From Candidatus Aenigmatarchaeota archaeon (GTDB lineage: Archaea; Aenigmatarchaeota; Aenigmatarchaeia; CG10238-14; SCSR01), in the NCBI GenBank assembly GCA_038999725.1, contig JAWBWS010000001.1, forward strand, positions 160,001 to 224,000: 64,000 nucleotides of DNA. The letters are read 5' to 3'. The translations under genes were made by a program, and so were the position numbers. The notes under the pieces were generated by a model. That model saw only the letters and a program-made list of their open reading frames with translations. It was not told where the DNA came from and made no database searches. Below, piece by piece: positions 19,408 through 29,915 of this stretch; position 1 is the stretch's first letter; the number at the start of each line of letters is the position of its first letter.

Positions 19408-19925
19408 TGAAGCACTGAATAAACAGGACCAGTTTTCTTTAGTTCACTCTTTATCAATTGAATAGCATCAATAGTAAATTTACCATGGTTTTTATTTTCT
19501 TCAAACATCAATCTTCTTAGTTCATTCTTGTTTTTTACTTTTTTCACTCTACACAAGGTGATGTGAGGCGGTTTTGAATCACCTTCTATATTCTTATTCA
19601 CATCTTCAAAAATTAACTTTAAGTTACCAGTTTTATCAAAAACATCAAGTGCAATCACTCTAATATAACTCTCATTTGGTATTGCTTTCAATTTTCCAAT
19701 CTCAACTTCAAATTTCTTGAATTTTTTACTGATGATATTTATTTTTTCAGAGATTTCTTTAATCTGGTTTTCTTCGATTTCTCCAAGGAAAGAGAAACTT
19801 AAGTGTAAATTTTCCCTTTCAACCATTTTACCTACAATAGGCCATTCTTTCATCTGATTTTGTAATTTTACAATTTCATCTTTTGTATCTTCAGGAAGCA
19901 AGTAACCTATGAAGCATCTCACCAT
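19389..19925 (-). CDS. thpR: RNA 2',3'-cyclic phosphodiesterase (2H family)
   Basis: Two Hx(S/T) motifs (HLSF, HITL); SEL..GPVY. Confidence 0.9.
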   Translation of the reverse strand: MVRCFIGYLLPEDTKDEIVKLQNQMKEWPIVGKMVERENLHLSFSFLGEIEENQIKEISEKINIISKKFKKFEVEIGKLKAIPNESYIRVIALDVFDKTGNLKLIFEDVNKNIEGDSKPPHITLCRVKKVKNKNELRRLMFEENKNHGKFTIDAIQLIKSELKKTGPVYSVLHQAELS

Positions 19926-19979
19926 ATTCTTTTTAAGGTTAAATAAAGGTTTAAATTTAATGAAGTATATTTTAATTTT

Positions 19980-20243
19980 ATGTCAGAGACAAAAGTTAAA
20001 GCAGCTGAGGTTATAGGTAAGACGATAATAAGTGAAGAAACGGGTAGGAAATTTGGTTTGGTAAACAACATAGATTTTGTTACAGAAAGTGGTGAATTGC
20101 TGAATATCATAGTCGAACAACCAACAAAACATTTAACCGATCTCAATCCAAAGACTGACGATAAGGGAAGGGTTCTGATTCCATTCAGTGCCGTCAAATC
20201 TGTTGGAGATTTTGTAATAGTTAGTGAAAGCGAATTAGTTTAG
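19980..20243 (+). CDS. PRC-barrel protein (CdpB-like)
   Basis: IGKTII...G.V...IPFSAVKSVGDFVIV. Confidence 0.85.
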   Translation: MSETKVKAAEVIGKTIISEETGRKFGLVNNIDFVTESGELLNIIVEQPTKHLTDLNPKTDDKGRVLIPFSAVKSVGDFVIVSESELV

Positions 20244-20255
20244 TTTGGAAAACTT

Positions 20256-21266
20256 TTAATTCCCCTTCCATTTAAACCATTTTATATCATCTATTCTCCA
20301 TTTTGGTTTTATTATATCATTAAACTCAGGTTTCCATCCTGCTTTATAAGCCAGTAAACCAGTCCAGGCTGTCATAACTCCATTATCTCCACTATATTCA
20401 GCAGGTACTACAAACATCTTTGCCATTCTTTCTACACACATTTTCTTCATCATATCTTGTAGTCTTTTGTTTGCTGCTACCCCACCAACCAACAAAACCT
20501 CATTTTTTTCTGTATGGGCTAAAGCTCTTTCTGTAACTTCGGTTAACATGGCAAAACAAGTCTCTTGTAGAGAATAAGCAATATCTTCTTTAGCAACACC
20601 TCTTTTAAACAAATTGATAGCAGCAGTAGCTATCCCACTATAACTTACATCCATCCCCTTAACCACATAAGGTAGCTCAACATATTTTCCATTTTTTGCT
20701 AATTTTTCTATTTCAGGACCTCCTGGCATTGGTAAATTCATTTCTCTTGCAACAACATCCAAACAATTACCAATTGGTATGTCTTCTGTTTCACCAAAGA
20801 TTCTGTAGACAGAATCAACAAAAGCTATTATTTGGGTGTTACCTCCAGACAAATAAACAAAGATAGGGTCTTCGGCTCTTGTTGTCAGAAGACCAATTTC
20901 AAGATGTGAAAGTTGATGGCAAACAGGAATTAAAGGTTTGTTGTTTTTTCTAGAAAGTTCTCTAGCAAAATTGGCGCCTACCAATAAACAAGGTGGCAAG
21001 CCAGCACCAGCAGTATAAGCTACTATATCTATATCTTCAATCTTCAAGTTAGCTTTTTCAAATGCTTTTTTTAAAACCATTTGAGAAACTTTTTCATGAT
21101 GCAACTTTGCTTCATTTGGTACAATACCCTTCCCTAATGATGGCGTGTAAATGCTTTTTTCGTCTGCTAAAATTTCTCCCCTCTCGTTTACAATCCCTAT
21201 CCCAAATGTATGAGCACTCGACTCAATTCCAAGGCAAATTAACCCTTCTTTTGTCATTTCACTCAA
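20256..21266 (-). CDS. kae1: KEOPS subunit Kae1 (t6A synthase)
   Basis: GIESSAHT, HxxxH, SGGNTQ, VGGVAAN and DNGVM motifs. Confidence 0.95.
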   Translation of the reverse strand: MSEMTKEGLICLGIESSAHTFGIGIVNERGEILADEKSIYTPSLGKGIVPNEAKLHHEKVSQMVLKKAFEKANLKIEDIDIVAYTAGAGLPPCLLVGANFARELSRKNNKPLIPVCHQLSHLEIGLLTTRAEDPIFVYLSGGNTQIIAFVDSVYRIFGETEDIPIGNCLDVVAREMNLPMPGGPEIEKLAKNGKYVELPYVVKGMDVSYSGIATAAINLFKRGVAKEDIAYSLQETCFAMLTEVTERALAHTEKNEVLLVGGVAANKRLQDMMKKMCVERMAKMFVVPAEYSGDNGVMTAWTGLLAYKAGWKPEFNDIIKPKWRIDDIKWFKWKGN

Positions 21267-21299
21267 TTATTTAAAATTCTATAAAATTTAAAGAAATCT

Positions 21300-23486
21300 A
21301 TGAGGGTTGAAGAGCTTTCAAAGTATAACATACCTAAATATTTCATACAAAAGTTTAAAGAAGAAAAAATCTTAGAACTCTTCCCACCACAAGAAGAGGT
21401 TGTGAAGAAAAGATTATTTCAAGATAAGAGTTTGGTTATATCTCTTCCAACAGCTGGGGGTAAGACGTTCATAGCAGCTTTAGCTATAATCAACAAACTC
21501 TCTTCTTCTAGAAGCAAAGCGATTTATACAGTTCCACTTATTGCTCTTGCGAATGAAAAGTATGAGTATTTTAAAAAACTTTTTGATGGGAAATGGAAAG
21601 TTGCAATTTCTGTTGGCGATTTAGATTCAAGCGATCCATGGCTTGCTGATTATGATTTAATTGTCTGTACAAATGAAAAACTTGACTCTTTGATAAGACA
21701 TGGAGCGAGCTGGATTAGAGAAATTGGATTAATAATTGTTGATGAGATTCACCTTTTAAATGACCCTGAGAGAGGGCCGACTTTAGAAATCTTGTTAACT
21801 CAATTGAGAGAAATCGTACCAAAAGCACAAATCATTGCTTTGTCTGCAACGATAAATAATGCCAAAGAACTTGCTGAATGGTTAGGCGCGCATCTACTCA
21901 AAAGTGATTTTAGACCAATTAAACTTTACGAGGGGGTTTATTACAATTCAAAAATTTTCTTTTATGGTAAGAAGGGGTATGAACTTAGCAATCTGGAGCC
22001 AGAGGCGGCTATAACAGAAAATGTTTTACAACTAAAAAAACAGGCTCTATTTTTTGTTTCAACAAGAAGAAAGGCAGAAAGTTTAGCGGAGAGTTTGACC
22101 AAGATAACTAGGTTATACTTGAAAAAAGAGGAGGAGAAAAACCTTCACAGCTTGGCTGAAGAAATCTTAAGCGTTTTAGAGGTGCCAACACAACAATGTA
22201 AAAAACTTGCTTCTTGTATTAAAGATGGAGTAGCATTCCATCATGCTGGTTTATTGGGAAAACAAAAAAGGTTAATAGAAGAAAAATTTAGACAAGGATT
22301 AATCAAAATAATAGTAGCAACCCCAACACTTGCCTTTGGTGTGAATTTACCAGCTTTTCGTGTAATAGTGAGAGATGTAAAAAGATATTATTCGGGTATA
22401 GGTGCAGTTTACATTCCAGTTCTCGAATACAAACAATTTATAGGCAGGGCAGGAAGACCGGCTTATGATGAATTTGGCGAGTCTGTACTGATAGCAAGAA
22501 CAGAAGAGGAGGCTCAGGATTTTGTAGATCATTTTATCATGGGTCAACCAGAAGATATTAAATCTAAACTTTCTCAAGAACCAACTTTGAGGATGCATAC
22601 TTTAGCTTTAATTGCGAGTGATTTTTGTAAATCAGAGCATTCTTTAAAAGAATTTTTCTCAAAAACTTTTTATGCTTATCAATTCGGTGATATTTCATCT
22701 GTAGAAGACAAGATTAGTAATATTTTAGAGCAGCTTATAAGTTGGGGGTTTGTTGTTTCAAAGAAAGGAAAAATTTCTGCTACAAGAATAGGTAAGAGGG
22801 TTTCTCAACTTTACATAGATCCTCTAACTGCTCATCAATTCATAGAAGCTTTAGCAAAAACAAAGGAGAAAAAAATTCATCCTTTTGGGTTGTTACAATT
22901 GATTTCAAACACAATTGAGATGAGACCCTTACTTTCCGTGAGGATAGGAGAATTTTCTGAACTTGAAGATATTTTGGCGAAAAGAGAAGAGGAACTTTTA
23001 CAAGAAATTCCAGACGAATCTGGAATTGAATTTGACGATTTCTTAAAAAGTCTGAAAACTGCTTTAATGTTTGAAGCTTGGATAAAAGAAGCAACTGAAG
23101 ATCAAATTTTAACTGAATTTAGAGTTGCTCCTGGCGAATTTTATGGGAGAAGGGAGATTGCAGATTGGCTTATTTATTCTCTTCAAGAGCTCGCTTTATT
23201 GCTTGGCTACAAAAATATTTTGAAAGATATAAGAAAGCTTAGGATAAGACTTGAGTATGGTGTAAGTGAAGAGCTAATTCCTTTGGTTAGATTAAGACAA
23301 GTGGGGAGAATAAGAGCTAGAAAACTGTTTAATTCTGGCATAAGAACTTTAAGGGATTTGAGAAAGGTTCCTCTAGAAAGGCTTTCTTTAATTGTTGGAG
23401 CAGGTGTGGCAAGATTAATCAAAGACCAACTGGAAGGGAAAGAAGAAAGGAAAATTGAAAAACAAACAACTTTGGAGAAATATTGA
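21300..23486 (+). CDS. hel308: Hel308/Hjm Ski2-like DNA helicase
   Basis: PTAGGKT, DEIH, SAT, FHHAGL, GRAGRP, RIRARKLF; C-terminal PIP-like QTTLEKY. Confidence 0.93.
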   Translation: MRVEELSKYNIPKYFIQKFKEEKILELFPPQEEVVKKRLFQDKSLVISLPTAGGKTFIAALAIINKLSSSRSKAIYTVPLIALANEKYEYFKKLFDGKWKVAISVGDLDSSDPWLADYDLIVCTNEKLDSLIRHGASWIREIGLIIVDEIHLLNDPERGPTLEILLTQLREIVPKAQIIALSATINNAKELAEWLGAHLLKSDFRPIKLYEGVYYNSKIFFYGKKGYELSNLEPEAAITENVLQLKKQALFFVSTRRKAESLAESLTKITRLYLKKEEEKNLHSLAEEILSVLEVPTQQCKKLASCIKDGVAFHHAGLLGKQKRLIEEKFRQGLIKIIVATPTLAFGVNLPAFRVIVRDVKRYYSGIGAVYIPVLEYKQFIGRAGRPAYDEFGESVLIARTEEEAQDFVDHFIMGQPEDIKSKLSQEPTLRMHTLALIASDFCKSEHSLKEFFSKTFYAYQFGDISSVEDKISNILEQLISWGFVVSKKGKISATRIGKRVSQLYIDPLTAHQFIEALAKTKEKKIHPFGLLQLISNTIEMRPLLSVRIGEFSELEDILAKREEELLQEIPDESGIEFDDFLKSLKTALMFEAWIKEATEDQILTEFRVAPGEFYGRREIADWLIYSLQELALLLGYKNILKDIRKLRIRLEYGVSEELIPLVRLRQVGRIRARKLFNSGIRTLRDLRKVPLERLSLIVGAGVARLIKDQLEGKEERKIEKQTTLEKY

Positions 23487-23527
23487 GAGCATAAGTTTTT
23501 GGTTTTTAAAATTTACGTTTATATTAG

Positions 23528-24319
23528 CTAAAACATTTTTGCGAATTTTCCAGTTTTTCTCGAGTGGTCAAATCCAAATTTATAAGTTAAAACACCGATG
23601 AGAAGATAAAGAAAAGAGATGAGGACGGAAGAAAAAATTTCCTGAAAGTATGGTCTTTTTAACAAAAGATTTTTTAATCCCTCAAAAAAATTACCATAAG
23701 GCATCATTCTTGCTAAAACTTGTATATGGTAAGGTAAGATTTCAAGCGGTGATAAGGGGAAAGAAAGAAGAATAAAGAACTGGAGACTTGCCCAACTAAT
23801 CCAGGCATAATCTCTACCAAGGATGAAGTATAGACCTGCAATAAAAATTGCTATCGTTACGGATAAAAATGTTGTTAAAAAAATGAAAGGTATTACTTCT
23901 GAAATTATTTGGGTCAAGTTTAAGAAGAATATATGAGTAATTAGCAACATAAGAGATAAGTTTATAGATGAAAGTAATAGACTAAAAATTATTCTTCCCA
24001 ACAAATATTCCCATTTTCCAATTCCTGTAATGAAAATATGATGGATTTCACTATGCCAAGCATCTTCATTGATACTCAAGTTTATTGTTGTTTGAACAAC
24101 ATAAGAGTAACTCCAAAAAACATTTATAAACAAAGCAATTTTCCCAGCTTCACTTGCGAACTCTCCAGTCCAAATAGCAAAAAGACCCCAAATTATTATA
24201 GAGGTTATTGGAAAATAGAAGAATTCAAGCCACCTCCACTTAGATTTAATAAAAATCAAATAATCTCTATAAACTAATGATTTTAATCTTGAAATTTTCA
24301 TTTTCCTAACCTTAACCAA
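23528..24319 (-). CDS. ABC-2 type transporter permease
   Basis: About six TM segments; adjacent to an ABC ATPase. Confidence 0.8.
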   Translation of the reverse strand: MVKVRKMKISRLKSLVYRDYLIFIKSKWRWLEFFYFPITSIIIWGLFAIWTGEFASEAGKIALFINVFWSYSYVVQTTINLSINEDAWHSEIHHIFITGIGKWEYLLGRIIFSLLLSSINLSLMLLITHIFFLNLTQIISEVIPFIFLTTFLSVTIAIFIAGLYFILGRDYAWISWASLQFFILLSFPLSPLEILPYHIQVLARMMPYGNFFEGLKNLLLKRPYFQEIFSSVLISFLYLLIGVLTYKFGFDHSRKTGKFAKMF

Positions 24320-24999
24320 TAGTTTTCCAAAGTTTTGTATTTTTTTAAAAGCTCAGATTTTTCTTCAATTTCTAAAATTTTTCCATCTTTTATAAAAGCT
24401 ATTTTGTTTGCAAGTCTTTCAACTTCTACCATATCATGACTTGCAAAAAATATAGTGGTTCCACTTCTGTTTAATTTTTGTAGGAGTGTATGAATTTCTC
24501 TTTTTGTTTTTGGATCGAGACCAAAAGTAGGTTCATCTAAAATCAAAACTTCAGGTTCGTTTAACAATGCTTTTGCAAGAGCAATTTTTGACAATTCTCC
24601 TGTAGAGAGTTTCCACATTTCTCTTTCTTTTAAGTAAGAAATTTTTAAAAGGTCTAGAACTTTTTCAATTTTTTGTTGTTCGATACCATAAAGGCCTGCA
24701 TAACAATTAAGAAAACTTTTAACCTTAAGATGTGAAGAAGGCTTCTCAACAGGAACATAATTGATGAGTTGAAGAATATCTTTATCTTTAAAAGGGTTTC
24801 TTCCAAGAATTCTTACCTTCCCTTTATCTGGGATGAGAATTGTCAGGATGATATTAATAAGGGTAGTTTTTCCAGAGCCATTTGGTCCAAGTAGGGCAAA
24901 GAACTCACCAAATCCTACTTCAAGGTTAATGTTTTTAAGCGAGAAAGTTTTCTCTTCTCTAAAAGTTTTATACAAACCTTTCACTTCTATGGCTTCCAT
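24298..24999 (-). CDS. ABC transporter ATP-binding protein
   Basis: GPNGSGKT, LSTGE, ILDEPT and SH motifs. Confidence 0.93.
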   Translation of the reverse strand: MEAIEVKGLYKTFREEKTFSLKNINLEVGFGEFFALLGPNGSGKTTLINIILTILIPDKGKVRILGRNPFKDKDILQLINYVPVEKPSSHLKVKSFLNCYAGLYGIEQQKIEKVLDLLKISYLKEREMWKLSTGELSKIALAKALLNEPEVLILDEPTFGLDPKTKREIHTLLQKLNRSGTTIFFASHDMVEVERLANKIAFIKDGKILEIEEKSELLKKYKTLENYWLRLGK

Positions 25000-25225
25000 A
25001 CTGTTTAATTATGAACTGAATAAATTAGAATATTATTGGTAGAAAATTGAATTAACTTTTTTAACTCTTTAAATTCACCAATAGAGACATTGGAGTATTT
25101 ACTAGAAACACTATCAAACATTTGAACATAGAGAAAATCACAACCAAGTTTATCAGTTATTGTAGTAAGATTGTCGAAAATTGGAAAAAAGCGGGTCAAA
25201 TTTCTTCAAAAACCAAGAAACACTT

Positions 25226-25681
25226 CTATACTTTAATTATTTTCTTTTCAATAGCATAGAAACAGTATGGATTGTTGTGAAATCTCTTTGTAATTGTATA
25301 TGACATAGAATTACATCCACCTTTACATTTAATCCTGTATTTACAATCTCTGCAATTTGGCCCAATTTTGGTTTCATCAAATTTTCTGTTGTATGCAAAA
25401 TTGTTTGGATTTTCACAAATATCTCTCAGACTCTCATTTCTTACATTCCCTTCTATAAACATGCGATTCCCCATCGATAAACAACCAACAATACCTCCAT
25501 CACTTGTTATTCCTATAGCCGTTATTCCTGCTGCACAACCTTTCCACTCACAACCTGGCAGGATTTTAGAATAATAGCCATAACAATGAGCACCGATAAC
25601 AGGTAAATCCTTAAATGGATTTTTAATTCTTTCTTTAGCTATGAATAATGCAGTGGCATAAAATTCTTCTTTTGATAACAT
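25226..25681 (-). pseudogene. Truncated radical SAM/SPASM gene (SPASM domain only)
   Basis: CAAG...GC...GNV...CxxCxxxxxCxGGC...PYC; no CxxxCxxC radical SAM domain; in-frame stop shortly upstream. Confidence 0.7.
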
Positions 25682-25790
25682 TTGTTTTCTTTTGAAATTC
25701 CTTGGCTATTTCTTTAATCTTACATCAATCCTGTAAATATGGTGAATCCTTTGTATACTTCTAGTAAGATAACTTTCTTGTACAATATTG

Positions 25791-25875
25791 TGGGGTTGCT
25801 GGGATTTGAACCCAGATTGCCAGCGCTCTCTCTATTACCCGAGGCTGGTGTCCTACCAAGTTAGACTACAACCCC
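25791..25875 (-). tRNA. tRNA-Pro(CGG) with 12-nt intron at 37/38 (25826-25837)
   Basis: Acceptor GGGGTTG/CAACCCC, anticodon arm CCAGC-CT-CGG-G|intron|C-GCTGG, T-loop TTCAAAT. Confidence 0.92.
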
Positions 25876-25891
25876 TTAATTAGGAATTGGT

Positions 25892-26485
25892 TTATTGTTT
25901 TATTTCTAAAGTTATTTTCACTTTAGTTTGTGGATTCTTCAATTTTTCAATCAAGGTTTGTTTAAGCTCGTTAGCAGATTTTTCAGAGAAAATAGCAACA
26001 GTTTTCCCATCAACAAAAGAATCTTTTCTTATAACAACTTCTTCTTTGCTTGTAAGCTTAAGGGCAGGCGAACCATAAGCAGAAAAAATTTCTTCTTCAC
26101 CATCGACCTCAATTTTTATTTCAACCCTTCTAGCACTTTTGATAGCAGTCTTAAAATCATCACTCAAATCCTTACAAGCCTTATCTGCTTTAACAACAAT
26201 TGTTGCATCATCAACTTCTAGACTCTTTGTTATTCTTATTATAGAGTTGTCAATAGCCTTAATTTCTGGATGACCATAACCAAAAATTTCTTCTTTTATA
26301 GGTTTTAATTCCATCAAAAGTTTCCAACCACTTTCTGTTGGAATGTAAGCCCCACCAGCTGTGTAGTGGATCATTCCTTTACTTTCTAAAATTTCAAGAA
26401 CATCTTTAACCATCTCAGGAGTAATAACTGGTGATGGCTCTGGAGCGATTTCAGGTGGCCCTTGCATTTTTCTCATTTCCTTCAT
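25892..26485 (-). CDS. DUF371-like protein with N-terminal extension
   Basis: GYGHPEIKA, ADKAC, VIRKDSFVDGKT and SANEL motifs. Confidence 0.7.
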   Translation of the reverse strand: MKEMRKMQGPPEIAPEPSPVITPEMVKDVLEILESKGMIHYTAGGAYIPTESGWKLLMELKPIKEEIFGYGHPEIKAIDNSIIRITKSLEVDDATIVVKADKACKDLSDDFKTAIKSARRVEIKIEVDGEEEIFSAYGSPALKLTSKEEVVIRKDSFVDGKTVAIFSEKSANELKQTLIEKLKNPQTKVKITLEIKQ

Positions 26486-27240
26486 TTTATTTTCCTCGCA
26501 AAAGTTATGAAGCCTGTATGCATTACTCCCATAGTCTTTGGTCTCGTCGTCCTTTCAGTTTGCCACTCCCTTACTATATTTTCTACAGTCTTAATATAAG
26601 AAAAGTTTAACTCCCTTATTTTTTTTGTTGCAGCAATCATTTCTTCTACTGTTGGTGAATAAACGGCAAGCCAACCACCAACCTTTAGAGCTTTGTAAGC
26701 ATGTTTTACAATCTTTTCAGGATTTTTTATGTCAACAGTCACAAGATCAACATTTTTCTCAGAAATTCCTTTACTCGCATCTTTGTTTTTAATCCTAATG
26801 AATTTGGAGAGACCAAAAGATTCGACATTTTTCTTTGCTATTTTTACCATTCTCTCATCTTTCTCATAACTCACAATTTTGCCAGGTTTTATATAATTTG
26901 CTAAAAAGATTGCTAAAAAGCCTGAACCTGTTCCCACATCGACTACAAAGCTTCCTGGTTCAATGCCCGTGAGAGCTAAAATTGAGGCAGCATCTTTTGG
27001 CATTATTATTTGTGGACCTCTTTCAGCCTTTTTCTCTAAGAAATCAATCAGGTTTGGTTTAACTATTCTGAATTCTTTCTTAAGGTGGGTTTCTATTTTA
27101 TCACCAATTTTTTTCTTCAAAATTTCATTCAAATCAAAGATTCCGTCTTTTGTTGAAAACCTTCCTTTCCCAACTTCTACTAAATAAGAAGAATTTTTCG
27201 ACAAAAGCAAAACCAACTCTCCTTCTTTCAAGAAAATCAC
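26482..27240 (-). CDS. trmI: tRNA (adenine-57/58-N1)-methyltransferase
   Basis: PQIIMPKD, VGTGSG, YSP and HTGFITFARK motifs. Confidence 0.92.
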   Translation of the reverse strand: MIFLKEGELVLLLSKNSSYLVEVGKGRFSTKDGIFDLNEILKKKIGDKIETHLKKEFRIVKPNLIDFLEKKAERGPQIIMPKDAASILALTGIEPGSFVVDVGTGSGFLAIFLANYIKPGKIVSYEKDERMVKIAKKNVESFGLSKFIRIKNKDASKGISEKNVDLVTVDIKNPEKIVKHAYKALKVGGWLAVYSPTVEEMIAATKKIRELNFSYIKTVENIVREWQTERTTRPKTMGVMHTGFITFARKIK

Positions 27241-27266
27241 TAATTAATTAATTATGAATTTAAGAT

Positions 27267-28220
27267 TTAACCCAATTCTTTCTCCAACTCCCTAAGTGCC
27301 AAAATTCTCTTGAAGGTTAACGGGTGGGTTCTGAATATTTCCAAAACCCTTATTAAGGGATTTCTCCTTTCCCATTCCATTGCTTTTTCTAATTCTTTTT
27401 CATCTAAATTCATGTCAGAATATTCGGAACGAAATCTTTTCACCTCACTTACAGATATTACTGGGTCTGCTATATAAAATGCTCTAACAGAAGAATTTTG
27501 AATTTTTTCTGAAGATATGCTTAAACCATAAGTTATCTTTGCTAGTGCACTAGCCAGCAATTTTGGTCTTGTGTTTATTCCAGAAAATCTATCAGCGTAA
27601 TATTCTCTAAGTCTAGAGAGAGCAAGCACGAGTAAATTTGAAATTAGATAAACAAAATAAGCTATAACACCAATCAAGATAGCGGCCCTAAAACTTCTCT
27701 CCCTATCTTCAGAAGGGGCTAAGAGCAAAAATCTAGCAACAAAATAAGCTACTATTGGTATAGCTGAGACCAATGTCATCACAACCATGTCCTTATGCTT
27801 GATGTGGCCAATTTCATGTGCTATGACAGCTCCTACCTCTTCTCGGTTCAAATTGTTCAATAAACCTTGAGTTAAGGTTAAGGTAGCAGAACTAGGGGTC
27901 CTTCCAAATACAAATGCATTTGGTGCACCAACTCTTGCCAAAGCGATTTTAGGCATTGGTACTTTGTTCTTCTTACACAATTCCTCCACAGTTTTCCAAA
28001 CCCATGGATACTCTTCCTTCTCCAAGAGTCTCATGTTGGTGGTCCACCAAATTATTTTTGGCGCAATCAACCATTGGAGAAAAACGAGGAATATTGCTAC
28101 AGCTACTATCAGATATCCAGAAATACCAAAGAGATAACCTATCATCGCCAACAAACCAAATAGAAGACCAAATAATAAAAACACGGTTAAACCCATTGTT
28201 AGCCAAAGTTTTAAAATCAT
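27267..28220 (-). CDS. htpX: Zinc metalloprotease HtpX (M48)
   Basis: PNAF, HEIGH, SRLREYYAD and THP motifs. Confidence 0.93.
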   Translation of the reverse strand: MILKLWLTMGLTVFLLFGLLFGLLAMIGYLFGISGYLIVAVAIFLVFLQWLIAPKIIWWTTNMRLLEKEEYPWVWKTVEELCKKNKVPMPKIALARVGAPNAFVFGRTPSSATLTLTQGLLNNLNREEVGAVIAHEIGHIKHKDMVVMTLVSAIPIVAYFVARFLLLAPSEDRERSFRAAILIGVIAYFVYLISNLLVLALSRLREYYADRFSGINTRPKLLASALAKITYGLSISSEKIQNSSVRAFYIADPVISVSEVKRFRSEYSDMNLDEKELEKAMEWERRNPLIRVLEIFRTHPLTFKRILALRELEKELG

Positions 28221-28221
28221 T

Positions 28222-28449
28222 CTACCACCTTTTGATTAAAATTAGAATTGTCAACATAACTATAAAAATTGTTATACTCAAAGCAAAAACTCTCTTACTA
28301 CTCCAAGCTCCAAATGGTATTGGTCCTATCAAACCAAAAAATCCCCACTCACTCTCTATTTCTTTCGAGCCCAAAATTGCACCTAGGAAAATTAAAATAA
28401 ACCCAACAAATATCACCAAAATTCCAATATAAATCAAGTTCTCTTGCAT
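28222..28449 (-). CDS. Small membrane protein (DUF131/TIGR00304-like)
   Basis: Two TM helices flanking GLIGPIPF. Confidence 0.75.
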   Translation of the reverse strand: MQENLIYIGILVIFVGFILIFLGAILGSKEIESEWGFFGLIGPIPFGAWSSKRVFALSITIFIVMLTILILIKRW

Positions 28450-28484
28450 CTATTTATTTAATTCTTACCGATAAATAAAAAACT

Positions 28485-29558
28485 ATGCGTGCTTACCTGG
28501 TTACAACCTTCATAGGAGTTTTTGGTATCAGCGAAGATGGAAAAATAATTCATTTTGAACCTTTTCCTAAAGATTCAGAAAAAATAGCAGAGAAGCTTAT
28601 GGCCTCAGAGAAAGAAATTATAGAGGAAGAAGAAAAAGTACAGGATTTGTTAAAGAGGAAAGGATTTGAGGAAATTATCTTTTCGATTGAGAAGCCAGGT
28701 GTTACATATCAAAAAGAAAATGAAGCGGAAATGTTCATCAGAGAAAACCTGCGAAATTTAGCTTTGAAATACAAGTTTGTTAAAGATCAAGTGGAATTTA
28801 ACCAACTTCTGAGTAAAGTTGGCATAGAAATTACAAAATCCAAGATTAAGAAAGCAATAGAAAAGGATAGTTTTGTCATCCAAATTGCAAGGGTGATAGA
28901 GGATATAGATAAAACGACAAACACACTAATCGAAAGGTTAAGAGAGCTTTATAGTTTACATTTTCCAGAAATGGGTAAAATGGTGCAAGATCATAAGAAA
29001 TACGCTAATATAATTGAAAAATATGGGTCAAAAGAAAGAATAGAAGATCCAGAGCTAAAAGAAATTGCCAAGAGAAGCATGGGAGTCGAGTTTAGAGAGG
29101 ATGAAATAAAAGCCGCTCAATTGCTTGCAACTGAGGTTTTAAATCTTTATAAGTTAAAGGATGCTCTATCAAAACAATTGGAAAAAATTTTGAAAGAAAT
29201 TGCACCGAATTTTACAGAACTAGCAGGTCCCATGCTTTCTGCCAAGCTTATTGCTAAAGCTGGTGGTCTTGAGAAGTTGGCTAAAATGCCGTCAAGTGCC
29301 ATTCAACTTATGGGTGCGGAAAAAAGTCTTTTCAGATTTTTACATGGTAAAGGTAAATCACCGAGGTTTGGAATTATTTTTAATCACCCCTTGGTTTTAA
29401 GTGCACCAGAGAAACTCAAAGGCAAAGTGGCAAGAATAGTTGCCTCAAAACTCTCTATTGCAGCGAAGCTTGATTTTTATTCAAAAGAATACAGAGGAGA
29501 TAAGATGAAGAGGGAAATGGAAGATAAGGTTAAAAAAGCCTTATCTTCTAAATCTTAA
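28485..29558 (+). CDS. nop5: Box C/D sRNP protein Nop5
   Basis: ERLRELYSLHFPE, APN, PSSAIQLMGAEKSLF and GKVAR motifs. Confidence 0.95.
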   Translation: MRAYLVTTFIGVFGISEDGKIIHFEPFPKDSEKIAEKLMASEKEIIEEEEKVQDLLKRKGFEEIIFSIEKPGVTYQKENEAEMFIRENLRNLALKYKFVKDQVEFNQLLSKVGIEITKSKIKKAIEKDSFVIQIARVIEDIDKTTNTLIERLRELYSLHFPEMGKMVQDHKKYANIIEKYGSKERIEDPELKEIAKRSMGVEFREDEIKAAQLLATEVLNLYKLKDALSKQLEKILKEIAPNFTELAGPMLSAKLIAKAGGLEKLAKMPSSAIQLMGAEKSLFRFLHGKGKSPRFGIIFNHPLVLSAPEKLKGKVARIVASKLSIAAKLDFYSKEYRGDKMKREMEDKVKKALSSKS

Positions 29559-29780
29559 TCTTTTTTCAATCAAAAAATAAACAAAAACTCCAAAAACTCC
29601 AAGAATTAAACAAATTGCTAACCAAACTAACTTGTATTTTGTATTTTTTTTGGATTTAAAAATGTCTATCATAGCTGGTAAAAAGGCCACTACGCTTACA
29701 ATTCCATAAATTTGCAACAGTACAAACAACAAATTTATCAGATATTCAAATTCAACCATATAAATATATTCTTCTTCCAA
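29541..29780 (-). CDS. Small membrane protein (PLDc N-terminal-like)
   Basis: AMIDIFKS...KLVWLAICLILGVFGVFVYFL; start may be the ATG at 29759. Confidence 0.65.
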   Translation of the reverse strand: MEEEYIYMVEFEYLINLLFVLLQIYGIVSVVAFLPAMIDIFKSKKNTKYKLVWLAICLILGVFGVFVYFLIEKRLRFRR

Positions 29781-29915
29781 AAACTTTAAAATAAGTAGGT
29801 ATAAAAGTTAAAGAGTTGTTTTAAGTCTTAGATAAATATAATCATACATGTGTGAGATTGATTGTATGGAAGAAAAATCCGAAATTGATTTGATGAAGCA
29901 TTAAAGTGATAAATA

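Noticed and set aside
25005..25199. 64-aa minus-strand ORF
   Set aside because: No motif or clear ribosome-binding site; may be decayed sequence
29781..29915. Possible box C/D sRNA between nop5 and fibrillarin
   Set aside because: Only an isolated TGATGA; no properly placed CTGA box D
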